This document shows, piece after piece, positions 39,459-50,266 of a stretch of 64,000 nucleotides of DNA (positions are counted from its first letter, which is position 1; each line of letters begins with the position of its first letter). Under the pieces are notes generated by a model that was given only the letters and a program-made list of their open reading frames with translations, had not been told where the DNA came from and searched no databases. The DNA comes from an uncultured Candidatus Rokubacteria bacterium. Lineage in GTDB: Bacteria; Methylomirabilota; Methylomirabilia; Rokubacteriales; CSP1-6. The position numbers were made by a program, and so were the translations under genes. Location of the stretch: positions 96,001 to 160,000 of the forward strand of contig CAWBMV010000037.1 of assembly GCA_963789955.1 (NCBI GenBank), given 5' to 3'.

Positions 39459-41408
39459 TCAGGATGCTTCGGTGATGGCGTTGACGGCGCTGGGATTCTC
39501 GAGCGACGAGAGATCGCCCGGCTCCTTGCCCAGATAGGTCGCGCGAATCACGCGCCGCATGATCTTGGCGCTGCGGGTCTTCGGCAGATCCTTCGTGAAC
39601 AGGACGCGCTCGGGCTTGAGCGCCTTGCCCATCTGCCGGGCGACCAGGTCCGAGAGCTGAGTGCGCAGCGGCTCGGAGGCTTGATGGCTCGGCCGCAGCA
39701 CGACGAAGCAGACGATCGCCTCGCCCTTCACCTCGTGCGGCACGCCGACGACGCCGGCCTCGGCGACGGCCTCATGAGAGACCAGCACCGACTCGACCTC
39801 CGCCGGGCCGAGCCGCTTGCCGGCGATCTTCAACGTGTCGTCCGAGCGGCCCTGGATGAACCAGAAGCCGTCCTCGTCGACGTAGGCCCAGTCGCCGTGG
39901 ACCCACACGTTCGGCCAGCGCGACCAGTACGTCTCCTCGTAGCGCTGCGGGTCTTTCCAGAAGCCCTGCGTCATCCCCGGCCAGGGCGCGGTGACGACGA
40001 GCTCGCCGACCTGGCCGCGCACGGGGCGCCCGTCGTCGCCGAAGCAGTCGGCCGCCATGCCCGGGATCGGCCCGGTGAACGAGCACGGCTTGATCGGCGC
40101 GATCGGGAACGAGCTCAGAATGCCGCCCGAGATCTCGGTGCCGCCGGTGTAGTTGATGATCGGCACGCGCGCCTTGCCGGCGTTCTCGAAGAGCCAGCGA
40201 TACGGCTCGGGATTCCAGGGCTCGCCGGTCGAGCCGAGCACCCTGAGCGAGCCGAGCTCGTGAGCGTGCACGTGCTCGGCGCCGTGAGGCATGAGCGCGC
40301 GGACGGCCGTCGGCGAGAGTCCCATGACCGTGATCTTGTGCCGCTCCACGAGCGACCAGAGGCGATCGGGCTTCGGGAAATCGGGCACGCCCTCGAAGAG
40401 CACGGCGGTGCCGCCGTGAAAGAGTCCCGCGGTGATGAGCATCGGGCCCATCAGCCAGCCCAGGTCCGTCAGCCAGAAGAGCCGATCACCCGGGCCCACG
40501 TCCATCAGGTAGCCGAAGTCGTGGGCGCACTTGAGCAGGAAGCCGCCCTGCGTGAGCACCGCGCCCTTCGGCCGGCCCGTCGTGCCCGACGTGTAGATGA
40601 TCAAGCACGGGCGATCGAACGCGCCGGGCAGCGCGGGGCAGACGTCCGACTCTTGCCCGATCAGCTCGTGCCACCAGCGATCGCGTCCCTCAGTCCACGG
40701 GATCTCGCGGCCGAGACGCTTGTAGACGATCACGTTCCGGATCGACGGGGACGCCGCCGCCGCCTCGTCGGCGGTTTCCTTCATCTTCACGATCTGACCG
40801 CGGCGATAGAAGCCGTCGGCGGTGACGAGCGCCTTGGCCTCGCAATCTTGCAGGCGAGAGGCCACCGCTTGAGCGCCGTAGCCCGAGAAGCACGGCGTGT
40901 AGATCGCGCCGATCCGCACGATCGCGAGCGTGGCGATCGCGGCCTCGGGCGACATCGGCAGGAACACGCCGACGCGATCCCCCTCGCCGACGCCGAGTCG
41001 CCTGAGCGCGTTGGCGAGCTGGTTCACCTCGCGCGCCAGCTCGTGATAGCTGAGGGTCCGCGTTCGACCGTCGTCGCCTTCCCAGATGAGCGCGGCCTGG
41101 TCGCCGCGCCCGCTGTCGACGTGGCGATCGACGCAGTTGTCGGCGAAGTTCATCAGACCGCCCTCGAACCAGTGCGGCCACTGGACGCCGCGCGAGATGT
41201 CGCGCACCCGCGTGTACGGGCGGCTGAACCGCAGACCGAGATCGCGGACCACGGCGTCCCAGTACCAGTCCGGCTCGGCGATGCTCCGCCGCTGCAGCTC
41301 CTCCAGCGACCCCACGCCGAGCGAGCGCATGAACCGGGCGAGACGCGTGCGCTCGGCATACTCGCGGGTGGGTCGCCAGACGATCTCTTCCCGGCCGGTC
41401 TCGGTCAT
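39459..41408 (-). CDS. Acetyl-CoA synthetase-like AMP-binding enzyme
   Basis: YTSGTTGRPKG, STGEPW, GRSDD, PKTRSAKIMRR. Confidence 0.92.
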   Translation of the reverse strand: MTETGREEIVWRPTREYAERTRLARFMRSLGVGSLEELQRRSIAEPDWYWDAVVRDLGLRFSRPYTRVRDISRGVQWPHWFEGGLMNFADNCVDRHVDSGRGDQAALIWEGDDGRTRTLSYHELAREVNQLANALRRLGVGEGDRVGVFLPMSPEAAIATLAIVRIGAIYTPCFSGYGAQAVASRLQDCEAKALVTADGFYRRGQIVKMKETADEAAAASPSIRNVIVYKRLGREIPWTEGRDRWWHELIGQESDVCPALPGAFDRPCLIIYTSGTTGRPKGAVLTQGGFLLKCAHDFGYLMDVGPGDRLFWLTDLGWLMGPMLITAGLFHGGTAVLFEGVPDFPKPDRLWSLVERHKITVMGLSPTAVRALMPHGAEHVHAHELGSLRVLGSTGEPWNPEPYRWLFENAGKARVPIINYTGGTEISGGILSSFPIAPIKPCSFTGPIPGMAADCFGDDGRPVRGQVGELVVTAPWPGMTQGFWKDPQRYEETYWSRWPNVWVHGDWAYVDEDGFWFIQGRSDDTLKIAGKRLGPAEVESVLVSHEAVAEAGVVGVPHEVKGEAIVCFVVLRPSHQASEPLRTQLSDLVARQMGKALKPERVLFTKDLPKTRSAKIMRRVIRATYLGKEPGDLSSLENPSAVNAITEAS

Positions 41409-41445
41409 CCGATCCTCCCGAGAGGGCAGTGTACCCGGACGCGAG

Positions 41446-42306
41446 CTACTGGGCCAACGCGGCGGGCCCTTCGGCTCCCCCAACGGACAAGGTCGCGACG
41501 AGCCCGAGCACCAGGGCCGCGTACGCGAGCGCGATCAGCGCGCGCTGGCGCGGAGTCAGCGCGTCGTACTCGGATCCGGGATTCCGCCAGCGCTGCACCA
41601 CCGACCAGAGGCCGACGATCAGGACGAGGAGGAGAATCGGCGACCGGCTGGCCAGGAGCGCGACGATCCCGACGGCGTAGCCGATCACCCAGTACGTGCG
41701 CGTGAAGGCGGTCACGATGCGGCCGCCGTCGAGCGGCGGCACCGGGATCAGGTTGAAGAGATTGATCAGGACCGCGCTGTGGCCGAGCGCGCGCAGCAGC
41801 GGGAGCTCGAGCTCGATCCCGGCCCAGAGCGTCGCCCAGGCGGCGAGCGAGCCGGCGATCGGGCCCGCCATGGCCACCCTGGCCTCGACGGCGGCGTTGC
41901 GCGGTTGGCCCTTCATCGCGATGAAGGCGCCGACGAACGGGATGAACACGGGCGCGCCGGCCGGAATGCCCTCGAGCCGCATCGCGACGGCGTGGCCCAT
42001 CTCGTGGACGAAGATCAGCAGGACGAAGCCGGCGGCGAAGAGCCAGCCCCACTCGATCGCGTAGGCACCGATCGAGAGGAGCATGGTCGCAAGCGTCTTG
42101 AACTTCAGCACGCCCGCCAGCAGACCCAGGAGCTTGGCCTTGCCGAGGACGAAGAGCAGGCCGGCGCCGGCGACCCCCGCCGCCGTTCTGCCGGCGTGCG
42201 ACGACCGAGCTTCGTCCTGAGCCTTCGGCTGCTGAAGTCTCTGGTACACCGCCCGGAGATTCTCGATCTCGCGGGCGCGGCGCTCGGCCTCGGACGGCTC
42301 GGTCAC
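41446..42306 (-). CDS. Site-2 protease (M50) family protein
   Basis: HEMGH and NLIPVPPLDGG. Confidence 0.9.
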   Translation of the reverse strand: MTEPSEAERRAREIENLRAVYQRLQQPKAQDEARSSHAGRTAAGVAGAGLLFVLGKAKLLGLLAGVLKFKTLATMLLSIGAYAIEWGWLFAAGFVLLIFVHEMGHAVAMRLEGIPAGAPVFIPFVGAFIAMKGQPRNAAVEARVAMAGPIAGSLAAWATLWAGIELELPLLRALGHSAVLINLFNLIPVPPLDGGRIVTAFTRTYWVIGYAVGIVALLASRSPILLLVLIVGLWSVVQRWRNPGSEYDALTPRQRALIALAYAALVLGLVATLSVGGAEGPAALAQ

Positions 42307-42903
42307 GCCGGCGGCAGCTTGATCGGACGCGGGATGAACCAGGCCTCGTACATGATGATGCCGAGGAACACGAGCTTCATGATCCCGAAGTTCGCCGCGA
42401 TGACGTGATAGAACGCGTTGAGGCTCGGCGGCGGAAAGGTCACGCGAAACGCCTCACCGCGCTGCGCGAGCGCGGCGTTGATGAAACGTCATGTTGACGA
42501 GAAAGACGGCCACGAGGAAGGACAGCGCGCCGACCGTCACCGCCAGGATCTGAAGCCCGACGCTCCGCTTGCCGCCGGCGAAGCGGAGCGTGCCGTGGCC
42601 GACGAGCAGGCCGATGACCACCGCCACCAGCCCGAAGCCGATCTTGGTCATCGCGGTGACGCCCCACCACGCGAGCGCGCCGGCGGTGCCGCCGAGGATG
42701 GCGCCGACCGCCGCCATCGGGTAGTTGATGTCCTGTGACAGGGCGGCGACACCCGTCCGGACCTGAAGCTTGAGGATGTCGAAGCACGTGCGGCAGAACA
42801 CGCGGTCGCCCGCGGGGACCCGCTCGCTCTCGCTGAGCGCCGACTGGCAGCGCCCGCACCTCGTGGCGACCGGCATCGTCGTGGCTGGGTTCACATCGGC
42901 CAT
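42303..42903 (-). CDS. Hypothetical membrane protein with N-terminal CxxC...CxxC (frameshift near 42485)
   Basis: CGRC..CRTC followed by TM segments; GTGA overlap with the M50 gene. Confidence 0.6.
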
Positions 42904-43109
42904 GATGGGCCTCCCTCGCGAAAATCTGGGATAGATCCACGATAGATTCCGGGTCGCGGCAGGGTCAACTATTGCGGCCCACCGGCGCGCTCGCGAAACG
43001 ACACCGCCGGTCGGGCTCGGCGCCTCGCCACATGCGGTCCGTAGTGCCGCCGCGGGCTACACTGGGCGCACGCCATGCGAACTTCGTCCCGCGGCGCGCG
43101 GAGCACGAC

Positions 43110-43511
43110 GTGACTCAGTTCGCGACGACGCGCCGTCCGCACGAGCGAACCGTCGCGGCGCCGGACGGCTCGGACGTCCGAGTCCTGCTGGGCCTCGCCG
43201 GCGGCGGCATGGCCGAGTTCGAGCTGGCCGCCGGACTGGTATCCGCGGCGATCACTCACCGAACGGTCGAAGAAATCTGGTACGTCCTGACCGGCCGGGG
43301 CGAGATGTGGCGGCGCCAGGATTCGCGCGAAGAAGTCGTCGCCCTGGAGCCCGGCGTCTGCCTCACGATTCCGCGGGGCACCCACTTTCAGTTCCGAGCG
43401 CTCGGCGACACCGCGCTGCGAGTCATCGGCGTCACGATGCCCCCCTGGCCCGGCGCCGACGAAGCGATCGCCGTGAAAGGCCCGTGGACCGTCAGCCCTT
43501 CAGGGCGCTGA
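43110..43511 (+). CDS. Cupin domain protein
   Basis: APDGSDVR, HRTVEEIWY, PRGTHFQFR. Confidence 0.85.
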   Translation: MTQFATTRRPHERTVAAPDGSDVRVLLGLAGGGMAEFELAAGLVSAAITHRTVEEIWYVLTGRGEMWRRQDSREEVVALEPGVCLTIPRGTHFQFRALGDTALRVIGVTMPPWPGADEAIAVKGPWTVSPSGR

Positions 43512-44340
43512 CCCTGACTCCTTCGACGATTCGTCGGTTGGCCACCAGGAACACGATCAGCAGCGGCAGCGCGCTCAGGACCGCACCGGCCATGATCGGC
43601 CCGTACGACTCCGCCGCGTAGGCCCCGCGCAGCAGCGCCAGCGCGACGGGCAGCGGGAACATGTCGGGCTTGTTGACCGCGATCAGCGGCCACAGAAAAT
43701 CGTTCCACGCCGACCGGAAGGCAAAGATCGCGAGCGCGCCGAGAACCGGCTGCGAGAGCGGCAGCACGATGCGGGTGAAGATCTGCCAGGGATCGGCGCC
43801 GTCGATGCGCGCCGCGTCCTCGAGCTCGGACGGAATCGTCAGGAAGAACTGGCGGAGCAGGAAGACGCCGAACGCGAACGTCATCGCCGCCTCGGGAACG
43901 ATGAGCCCCTGATACGTGCTGAGCCAGCCGAGCCGCTGCACGAGCACGTACTGCGGCACCAGGATCACCGCGTTCGGGATCATGAGGCTGCCGACGAGCA
44001 GCCCGAAGATCAGGCTGCGGCCGCGAAAGCGCATCCGCGCGAGCGGATAGGCGGCCATCGCGCTGGTCAGCACGACCACCGCCACCGAGCCGAGCGACAC
44101 CACGGTGCTGTTGAAGAACGCGCGGCCGATGCGCGCCGTGCGCGAGCTGCTGAAGAGCACCTCGCCGTAGTGCGCGATCGTCACCGGCCACGGGATCCAC
44201 TCGGGCGGCACGCGCACGATGTTCTCGGTCAGCTTCAGCGAGGTCACCAGCACCCACACCGCGGGCAGCAGCCAGGCGATCGCCACGAGCACCATGAGCC
44301 CGGTGAGACACGCGCGCCAGAGGCGAGCCGATCGGCCCAT
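43492..44340 (-). CDS. Carbohydrate ABC transporter permease
   Basis: ELEDAARIDGA EAA loop; WNDFLWP. Confidence 0.92.
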   Translation of the reverse strand: MGRSARLWRACLTGLMVLVAIAWLLPAVWVLVTSLKLTENIVRVPPEWIPWPVTIAHYGEVLFSSSRTARIGRAFFNSTVVSLGSVAVVVLTSAMAAYPLARMRFRGRSLIFGLLVGSLMIPNAVILVPQYVLVQRLGWLSTYQGLIVPEAAMTFAFGVFLLRQFFLTIPSELEDAARIDGADPWQIFTRIVLPLSQPVLGALAIFAFRSAWNDFLWPLIAVNKPDMFPLPVALALLRGAYAAESYGPIMAGAVLSALPLLIVFLVANRRIVEGVRVSALKG

Positions 44341-44347
44341 GTCGGCG

Positions 44348-45235
44348 TCAGTACTGCGTGTGGCCGCGCAGCAGCCGGAACTGGAGCAGCGAGAACGCGA
44401 GGATGATCAGGAACAGCACCCACGCCATGGCCGAGGCCGAGCCGAAGTGGAAGAAGTTCTGGAAGGCGGTCTCGTAGAGGTGCTGGACCACGGTCCGCGT
44501 CGCGTCGCCCGGTCCGCCGTTGGTGAGGACGAACACCTGGCCGAAGATCTGGAACGAGCCGATGACGTGAGTCACCAGCACGAAGAGAAAGACCGGGCGC
44601 AGCAGCGGCATCGTGATCGACCAGAAGCTGCGCCACCCGCCGGCGCCGTCGAGCGCCGCCGCCTCGTAGAGCTCACGCGGAATGTCCTGGAGGCCGGCCA
44701 GGTAGATCACGAGGTAGTACCCGGTCACCCACCACACGGTCGTCAGGATGATCGCCCACATCGCGGTGTTCGGATCGGCGAGCCACGAGCGAACGGGAAT
44801 GCCGGCCGCGCGCAGATAGTAGGTCGACGGACCGATCACGGGGTCGAGCAGCCAGAGCCACGTGAGGCCGACCGTGACGACCGACAACGTGAACGGAAAG
44901 AAGAACGCGCCGCGCAGGAACGTCCGCAGCGCCACGCCGCGATTCAGCGCCACCGCCAGCAGAAGCGGGACGGCCAGGATCGGGATGGTGCTGGCGATCG
45001 TGTAGTAGGCGGTATTCAGAAGGCTCACGTGAAACCGCGTGTCGTCGAGGAGCCGCGCGTAGTTCGCGGTGCCCACGAACACGTGCTGGGCGCGGCCGAG
45101 CCGCGCGTTGGTGAACGAGAGCCAGAGGCCCTCGAGCAATGGATAGACGCGGAAGACCGCGAACAGGGCCAGGCCGGGCGCCAGGAACAGGTAGGGTGTC
45201 CAGGCGCCTCGGCGGCGCGCGCGGCGCGGCTTCAC
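44348..45235 (-). CDS. Carbohydrate ABC transporter permease
   Basis: LYEAAALDGA; TNGGP. Confidence 0.92.
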   Translation of the reverse strand: MKPRRARRRGAWTPYLFLAPGLALFAVFRVYPLLEGLWLSFTNARLGRAQHVFVGTANYARLLDDTRFHVSLLNTAYYTIASTIPILAVPLLLAVALNRGVALRTFLRGAFFFPFTLSVVTVGLTWLWLLDPVIGPSTYYLRAAGIPVRSWLADPNTAMWAIILTTVWWVTGYYLVIYLAGLQDIPRELYEAAALDGAGGWRSFWSITMPLLRPVFLFVLVTHVIGSFQIFGQVFVLTNGGPGDATRTVVQHLYETAFQNFFHFGSASAMAWVLFLIILAFSLLQFRLLRGHTQY

Positions 45236-45247
45236 CGGGCTCGCGGG

Positions 45248-46519
45248 CTAGTCGGGCAGCGCGTTGATCTGCCGCGCCAGCTCGCCCATGGCCGCGGCGG
45301 CCGGCTTCTGGCCGATGTAGACGTTCTCGATGACCGGCCGGGTGATGTTTTCCGCCGCGACCCACTTCGGCGTGGGCTGCCCCGACTGCCACTGCCCGGC
45401 TTGCGCGAGCAAGGTGCGGAAGACGGGATCGCCGGTGATGCGCGGGTCGCTGTGCGGCTTGCGGAGCGCGGAGACCTGCCCGGCCTTCAGGGTCCACTCC
45501 GCCACGTGATCGCTCATCCAGCGGATGTGGGCCCACGCCGCGTCGCGCTTCGCCGCGTCGACCGCCTTTTTCTTCGGCAAGGTGAACTGGTGCGGCATCG
45601 TCCACACCGTCGCCTGCTTGAAGATGCGCGGCACCGGCGCCGCGACGAAATCGACCTTGGCCTCGCGCAGCCCCGTGAAATTCCACGAGCCGGCGATCCA
45701 GAGGCCGAGCTTGCCGGCGATGAACGCGTCACGGCAGTTGGCGTTCGACGGCGGCGCGATCTTGTGCTGGTTCTGGATCGCGCTCCAGAACTCGGCCACC
45801 TCGATCGCCGCGGGCTCCCCGAGGCCGGACTTCTTGAGGTCCGCCGCGTAGACGTTCGCGCCGTTCTGCCAGAGCAGGTTGTGGAAGCCCCAGGTGTAGC
45901 GGCCCGGGTTGACGGTGCCGATGGAGAACCCGAAGGTGTCGCCCTTCGTGATCTGCTTGCCCATCGCCAGCACTTCGTCGCGTGTCGTGGGAATCTTCGG
46001 CTTGCCGTCCGGTCCGGCGAGACCGGCGTCGCGCAGCACCTTGGTGTTCACGTAGAGGAGATGCTGAGGCACGTCGAGCGGGATCGAGTACCGCTTGCCC
46101 TGATACGTCCCGCCCTGCCACGTCGACGGCAGATAGTCCTCTGCCTTGAAGCCCTTCGCGGCTGCCGTCGCCTCCGCCATCGGCTCGAGAATGCCGTCGC
46201 TGGCGAAATGCGGAACCTCGACCGTGTGGATCAGCGCCAGATCCGGGCCCTCGTCGGCCGGCACCGCGACCTGCAGCTTCGCGTAGAGATCCGCCCAGAC
46301 GATCCGCTGCTGCTCCATGCGGATGCCGGTGTCGCGCGTGAACTGGTCGATGAGCTCGTCCATGATCTTGCCGTCGGCGCCGGTGAGCCCGTTCCAGTAG
46401 GTGATGGTGGGCTTCGCCTGGGCCGAGGCGCGGCGTGAGCCGAGCGTGAGCGCAGTGGCGCCGACCGCGGCGCCTCCGAGGAAGCGACGGCGGCTGAGCG
46501 ACGATGTCGGCTTTGACAT
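45248..46519 (-). CDS. Sugar ABC substrate-binding protein (Tat-exported)
   Basis: SRRRFL twin-Arg signal; family 1 SBP motifs GPDL, YSIPLD. Confidence 0.9.
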   Translation of the reverse strand: MSKPTSSLSRRRFLGGAAVGATALTLGSRRASAQAKPTITYWNGLTGADGKIMDELIDQFTRDTGIRMEQQRIVWADLYAKLQVAVPADEGPDLALIHTVEVPHFASDGILEPMAEATAAAKGFKAEDYLPSTWQGGTYQGKRYSIPLDVPQHLLYVNTKVLRDAGLAGPDGKPKIPTTRDEVLAMGKQITKGDTFGFSIGTVNPGRYTWGFHNLLWQNGANVYAADLKKSGLGEPAAIEVAEFWSAIQNQHKIAPPSNANCRDAFIAGKLGLWIAGSWNFTGLREAKVDFVAAPVPRIFKQATVWTMPHQFTLPKKKAVDAAKRDAAWAHIRWMSDHVAEWTLKAGQVSALRKPHSDPRITGDPVFRTLLAQAGQWQSGQPTPKWVAAENITRPVIENVYIGQKPAAAAMGELARQINALPD

Positions 46520-46609
46520 GACTTCTCCTCTGACTCGAGGCACATCCAGTGACCGTGCGGGAGTATAACAGGGCGGCGGGACGTCCCTTCACTCTCGCGG
46601 GAGGACTCA

Positions 46610-48106
46610 ATGGCCCGGATCGGCATCGACCTGACCAGGCGGATCGGCACCGTGGACCGCCGCATCTTCGGAAACTTCATCGAGCACCTCGGCCGCTGCA
46701 TCTACGGCGGCATCTACGAGGAAGGCTCGCCGCTGAGCGACGCCGCGGGCTTTCGCCGCGACGTGCTCGACGCGGTCCGCCCGCTCCGCGTGCCGGTGCT
46801 CCGGTGGCCGGGCGGCAACTTCGTGAGCGGCTACCACTGGCTCGACGGCGTCGGGCCCGCGGCCGAGCGCCCGCGGCGCATGGAGCTGGCCTGGCACGCC
46901 GAGGAATCCAATCGCTTCGGCACCAACGAGTTCATCCAGTACTGCCGCGTGATCGGCGCCGAGCCCTACATCTGCGTGAACATGGGCTCGGGCACGATGG
47001 ACGAGGCGCAGGCGTGGCTCGAGTACTGCAACGGCACGGGCAACACGCACTGGGCGAACCTGCGCCGCGCGCACGGCTACCCCGAGCCGCACCGCGTCCA
47101 CTACTGGGGCCTCGGCAACGAGATGTACGGCGGCTGGCAGATCGGCAGCCTGAGCGCCGAGGACTACGTGAAGAAGGCCAAGAGCTTCGCGTTCGTGATG
47201 AAGCGGACCGACCCCAGCATCGAGCTGATCGGCTGCGGCCACAACGGCGTGAGCGACTGGGACGTGACGGTGCTCGACGGCCTGGCGCCGTTCGTCGACT
47301 ACCACAGCATTCATCTCTACACGGGCCAGCGCGACCACTACGCGACCGTGTTCCAGTCGCACCAGGCCGAGCGCGCCGTCCGGATCTGCGCCGCGATGAT
47401 CGAGCGCGTGCGGCACGTGCAGCGCATCGAGCACCCGATCGCCATCGCCTTCGACGAATGGAACGTGTGGCATCGCACGCGCAGCCTCGAGGACCGCATC
47501 GGCGGCGTCGAGGAGCGCTACAACCTGACCGACGCCCTCGCGATCGCGACGTACCTGAACGGGTTTCTTCGTCATTGCCGCGAGGTGCGGATCGCGAATC
47601 TCGCCCAGCTCGTGAACGCGATCGCGCCGATCTTCACCCGGCGCGACGGGCTGTTCTTGCAGACGATCTATCACCCGCTGCGCCTCTACGCGGAGCACAC
47701 GCGGGAGATCGCCCTGGATGTGGCCGTGGAGAGCCCCACTCACGAGCTGGCCCCCGGACAGGAAGAGAGCGGCTGGGGTCGCGTGCACCACGTCGCCGAC
47801 CTCGGGCCGTTCTCGATGCTCGACGCCACCGCCACCTGCGACCCGAGCGGAACGCAGCTGACCATCGCGGTGGTCAACCGGGATCGCGACCGCGCGCATC
47901 GGGCGTCGATCGAGCTGGGCGAGGCCGCCGCGAAGGGCGATGCGCTGGTGTCCGAGGTCAACGGCGCCGGTGTCGAGGCGACCAACTCGTTCGACACCCC
48001 GCGAGCCGTCGACGTGCGCGAGAGCCGAGTCTCGGCCCGGGGCCATCGCTTCGAGCACGAGTTCCCGGCGCACTCGATCAGCGTGCTCCGCGTGCCGCTC
48101 GGCTGA
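46610..48106 (+). CDS. Alpha-L-arabinofuranosidase (GH51)
   Basis: FIEHLGRCIYGG, RWPGGNF, LGNEM, FDEWNVW, AQLVN. Confidence 0.93.
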   Translation: MARIGIDLTRRIGTVDRRIFGNFIEHLGRCIYGGIYEEGSPLSDAAGFRRDVLDAVRPLRVPVLRWPGGNFVSGYHWLDGVGPAAERPRRMELAWHAEESNRFGTNEFIQYCRVIGAEPYICVNMGSGTMDEAQAWLEYCNGTGNTHWANLRRAHGYPEPHRVHYWGLGNEMYGGWQIGSLSAEDYVKKAKSFAFVMKRTDPSIELIGCGHNGVSDWDVTVLDGLAPFVDYHSIHLYTGQRDHYATVFQSHQAERAVRICAAMIERVRHVQRIEHPIAIAFDEWNVWHRTRSLEDRIGGVEERYNLTDALAIATYLNGFLRHCREVRIANLAQLVNAIAPIFTRRDGLFLQTIYHPLRLYAEHTREIALDVAVESPTHELAPGQEESGWGRVHHVADLGPFSMLDATATCDPSGTQLTIAVVNRDRDRAHRASIELGEAAAKGDALVSEVNGAGVEATNSFDTPRAVDVRESRVSARGHRFEHEFPAHSISVLRVPLG

Positions 48107-48191
48107 GCCCGCCCGCAATCGCGGTGATAGAATCCGCTTCACCGGGCCGAGCTCGCGGCTCCGAGTGACGCGCGTAGGAATCGAGGACGAC

Positions 48192-49022
48192 ATGGCCGAC
48201 GCACAGCGCTTCGACATACCGGATAGCTGGGGACTGAACGACAAGGTCGCGATCGTGACCGGCGGCGGCGCCGCCGGTGACGGCATCGGGAACGGCCGCG
48301 CCGCGGCGCTCCTGCTGGCGCGTGCCGGCACGCGCGTGATCGTGGTCGACCGCGACGTCGCGCTCGCGAAGCGGACGGTCGAGATGATCGAGGCCGGCGG
48401 CGGCCAGGGCCTCGCCTTCCAGGCGGACATGACCCGCGCGTCCGACTGCGCGGCCGTCGTCGAAGCCGCGATGGACCGCTATGGCCGGCTCGACTATCTG
48501 GACAACAACGTCGGCATCGGCAGCCGCGGCTCCGTCGTCGACGAGACCGAGGAGAGCTGGCGGCGGCTCATGAACGTCAACGTCGACACGATGTTCCTCG
48601 CGGCGAAGCACGCGATCCCCGCGATGCGGCGCACGGGCGGCGGCGCGATCGTCAACGTGTCGTCGATCTCCGCGCTGCGTCCGCGTGGTCTCACCGCCTA
48701 CTCCGTCTCGAAGGGCGCGGTCATCGCGCTGACCAAGGCGATGGCGGTCGACCACGGGCCCGAGGGCATCCGCGTGAACTGCGTCGCGCCCGGGCCCGTC
48801 TACACGCCCATGGTCTATCAGCGGGGCATGAGCCCGGCGGCGCGCGATCGCCGGCGGACCGCCTCGGCCCTCAAGGTCGAAGGCACGGGCTGGGACATCG
48901 GGCACGCCGTGCGCTTCCTCATGTCGGACTACGCGCGCTACATCACCGGCCACGTGCTCGTCGTGGACGGCGGCGCGACCCTGTCAGGCCCCGAACGCGA
49001 CGCCGGCGGGGCCGGCGGCTGA
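48192..49022 (+). CDS. SDR family oxidoreductase
   Basis: TGGG..GIG, NNVG, YSVSK; GAGGA RBS. Confidence 0.9.
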   Translation: MADAQRFDIPDSWGLNDKVAIVTGGGAAGDGIGNGRAAALLLARAGTRVIVVDRDVALAKRTVEMIEAGGGQGLAFQADMTRASDCAAVVEAAMDRYGRLDYLDNNVGIGSRGSVVDETEESWRRLMNVNVDTMFLAAKHAIPAMRRTGGGAIVNVSSISALRPRGLTAYSVSKGAVIALTKAMAVDHGPEGIRVNCVAPGPVYTPMVYQRGMSPAARDRRRTASALKVEGTGWDIGHAVRFLMSDYARYITGHVLVVDGGATLSGPERDAGGAGG

Positions 49023-49058
49023 AACCGGTCCAGTTTCAGCCGCCTGCCGCGCGGGGAG

Positions 49059-49421
49059 CTAGCTCGAGGACGAGCGGCTCAGATTGCGGGACCAGCCGCC
49101 CGACAGGACGAAGCGCGGGAACGTGATCCATTGCTCGGCGAAGAAGCGGCTCACGAAGTCGATCGGGCCCGCGAACGGCGTCGGAGCTTCGTGCTCGCGC
49201 CGGTGGCCGCGTCCCTGGATCACGACCGCCGCCACCATGCCGATGAGGGCGAGGCCCATCGCGAGGCCGGAGCGGTCGCGAGACCCACGATGAGCGTGAT
49301 CGACGGCGATCTCGAACAGCGGCACGGCGACGATGTGAAGCCGCAGATTGGTCCGGTCCTGGTGCTTCGCCGAGTAGTCGCTCCACTGCCATTCGAGCAA
49401 GCGCGGTCGAACCAGTCCCAT
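49059..49421 (-). CDS. DUF962/Mpo1-like small membrane protein
   Basis: Y..KH..RTNL.LHIVAVP, QGRGH, EQWITFPRF. Confidence 0.7.
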   Translation of the reverse strand: MGLVRPRLLEWQWSDYSAKHQDRTNLRLHIVAVPLFEIAVDHAHRGSRDRSGLAMGLALIGMVAAVVIQGRGHRREHEAPTPFAGPIDFVSRFFAEQWITFPRFVLSGGWSRNLSRSSSS

Positions 49422-49441
49422 CGGGCGTGCCCCTCCCGGCG

Positions 49442-50266
49442 ATGAGCCTACCGCCGCACGACCCGCTCCTCAATGCACGCCGCACCGGCTACACGCGGAG
49501 CGGGTTCGGCGCTCGCTATCACGCTCACCGGCCGAAACCGCCGGCGGCTCTCGTGGACGTGCTCCTGCAGCTGGCGGGCACGCGGCGGCCGCGGCTCGTC
49601 GTCGATCTCGGCAGCGGTACCGGCATCTCGACGATGCTCTGGGCGCCCCACGCCGAGCGCGTCGTCGGCGTCGAGCCGCTCGACGAGATGCGGAAGATCG
49701 CCGAAGCCGGCAACGCGTCTGCCAACGTGAGCTTCAAGGCCGGCGTCGCGCAGCAGACCGGAGTTGCGGACGGCGCCGCCGACATCGTGACGTGCGCCCA
49801 GTCGCTGCACCACACGGAGCCCGCGGGCACCATGGCGGAGATCGGCCGGATCTTGCGGCCGGGCGGCGTCTTCGCGGCGTACGACTACGACTGGCCGCCG
49901 ATGGTCCACTGGGAGGCCAACCAGGCGTTCGCCGTGTTCATGGACGGCATTCGCGCGCTCAGGACGAAGCACGGAATCCAGAGCGAGGAGGAACAGTGGG
50001 GCAAGGACGAGCACACCGACCGGATCGACCGGAGCGGCGTGTTCCGTCACGTCTCGGAGATCTCGTTGCACAACGTCGAGCGGTGCACGGCCGAGCGCCT
50101 GGTCGGGTTCGCGTGCACGATCGGCATCGTCCTGCCGGTGCTCGATCTCGGACTCTCCGACGGCGAGCTGGGATTGACGGCCCTGCGCGACGTCGCCGAG
50201 CGCACGCTCGGCGCGGACGGCCTGCCGTGGTACGTGAGCTATCGCGTCCGCGCGGCGGTCAAGTGA
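49442..50266 (+). CDS. Class I SAM-dependent methyltransferase
   Basis: VDLGSGTG, CAQSLH, LRPGG. Confidence 0.85.
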   Translation: MSLPPHDPLLNARRTGYTRSGFGARYHAHRPKPPAALVDVLLQLAGTRRPRLVVDLGSGTGISTMLWAPHAERVVGVEPLDEMRKIAEAGNASANVSFKAGVAQQTGVADGAADIVTCAQSLHHTEPAGTMAEIGRILRPGGVFAAYDYDWPPMVHWEANQAFAVFMDGIRALRTKHGIQSEEEQWGKDEHTDRIDRSGVFRHVSEISLHNVERCTAERLVGFACTIGIVLPVLDLGLSDGELGLTALRDVAERTLGADGLPWYVSYRVRAAVK

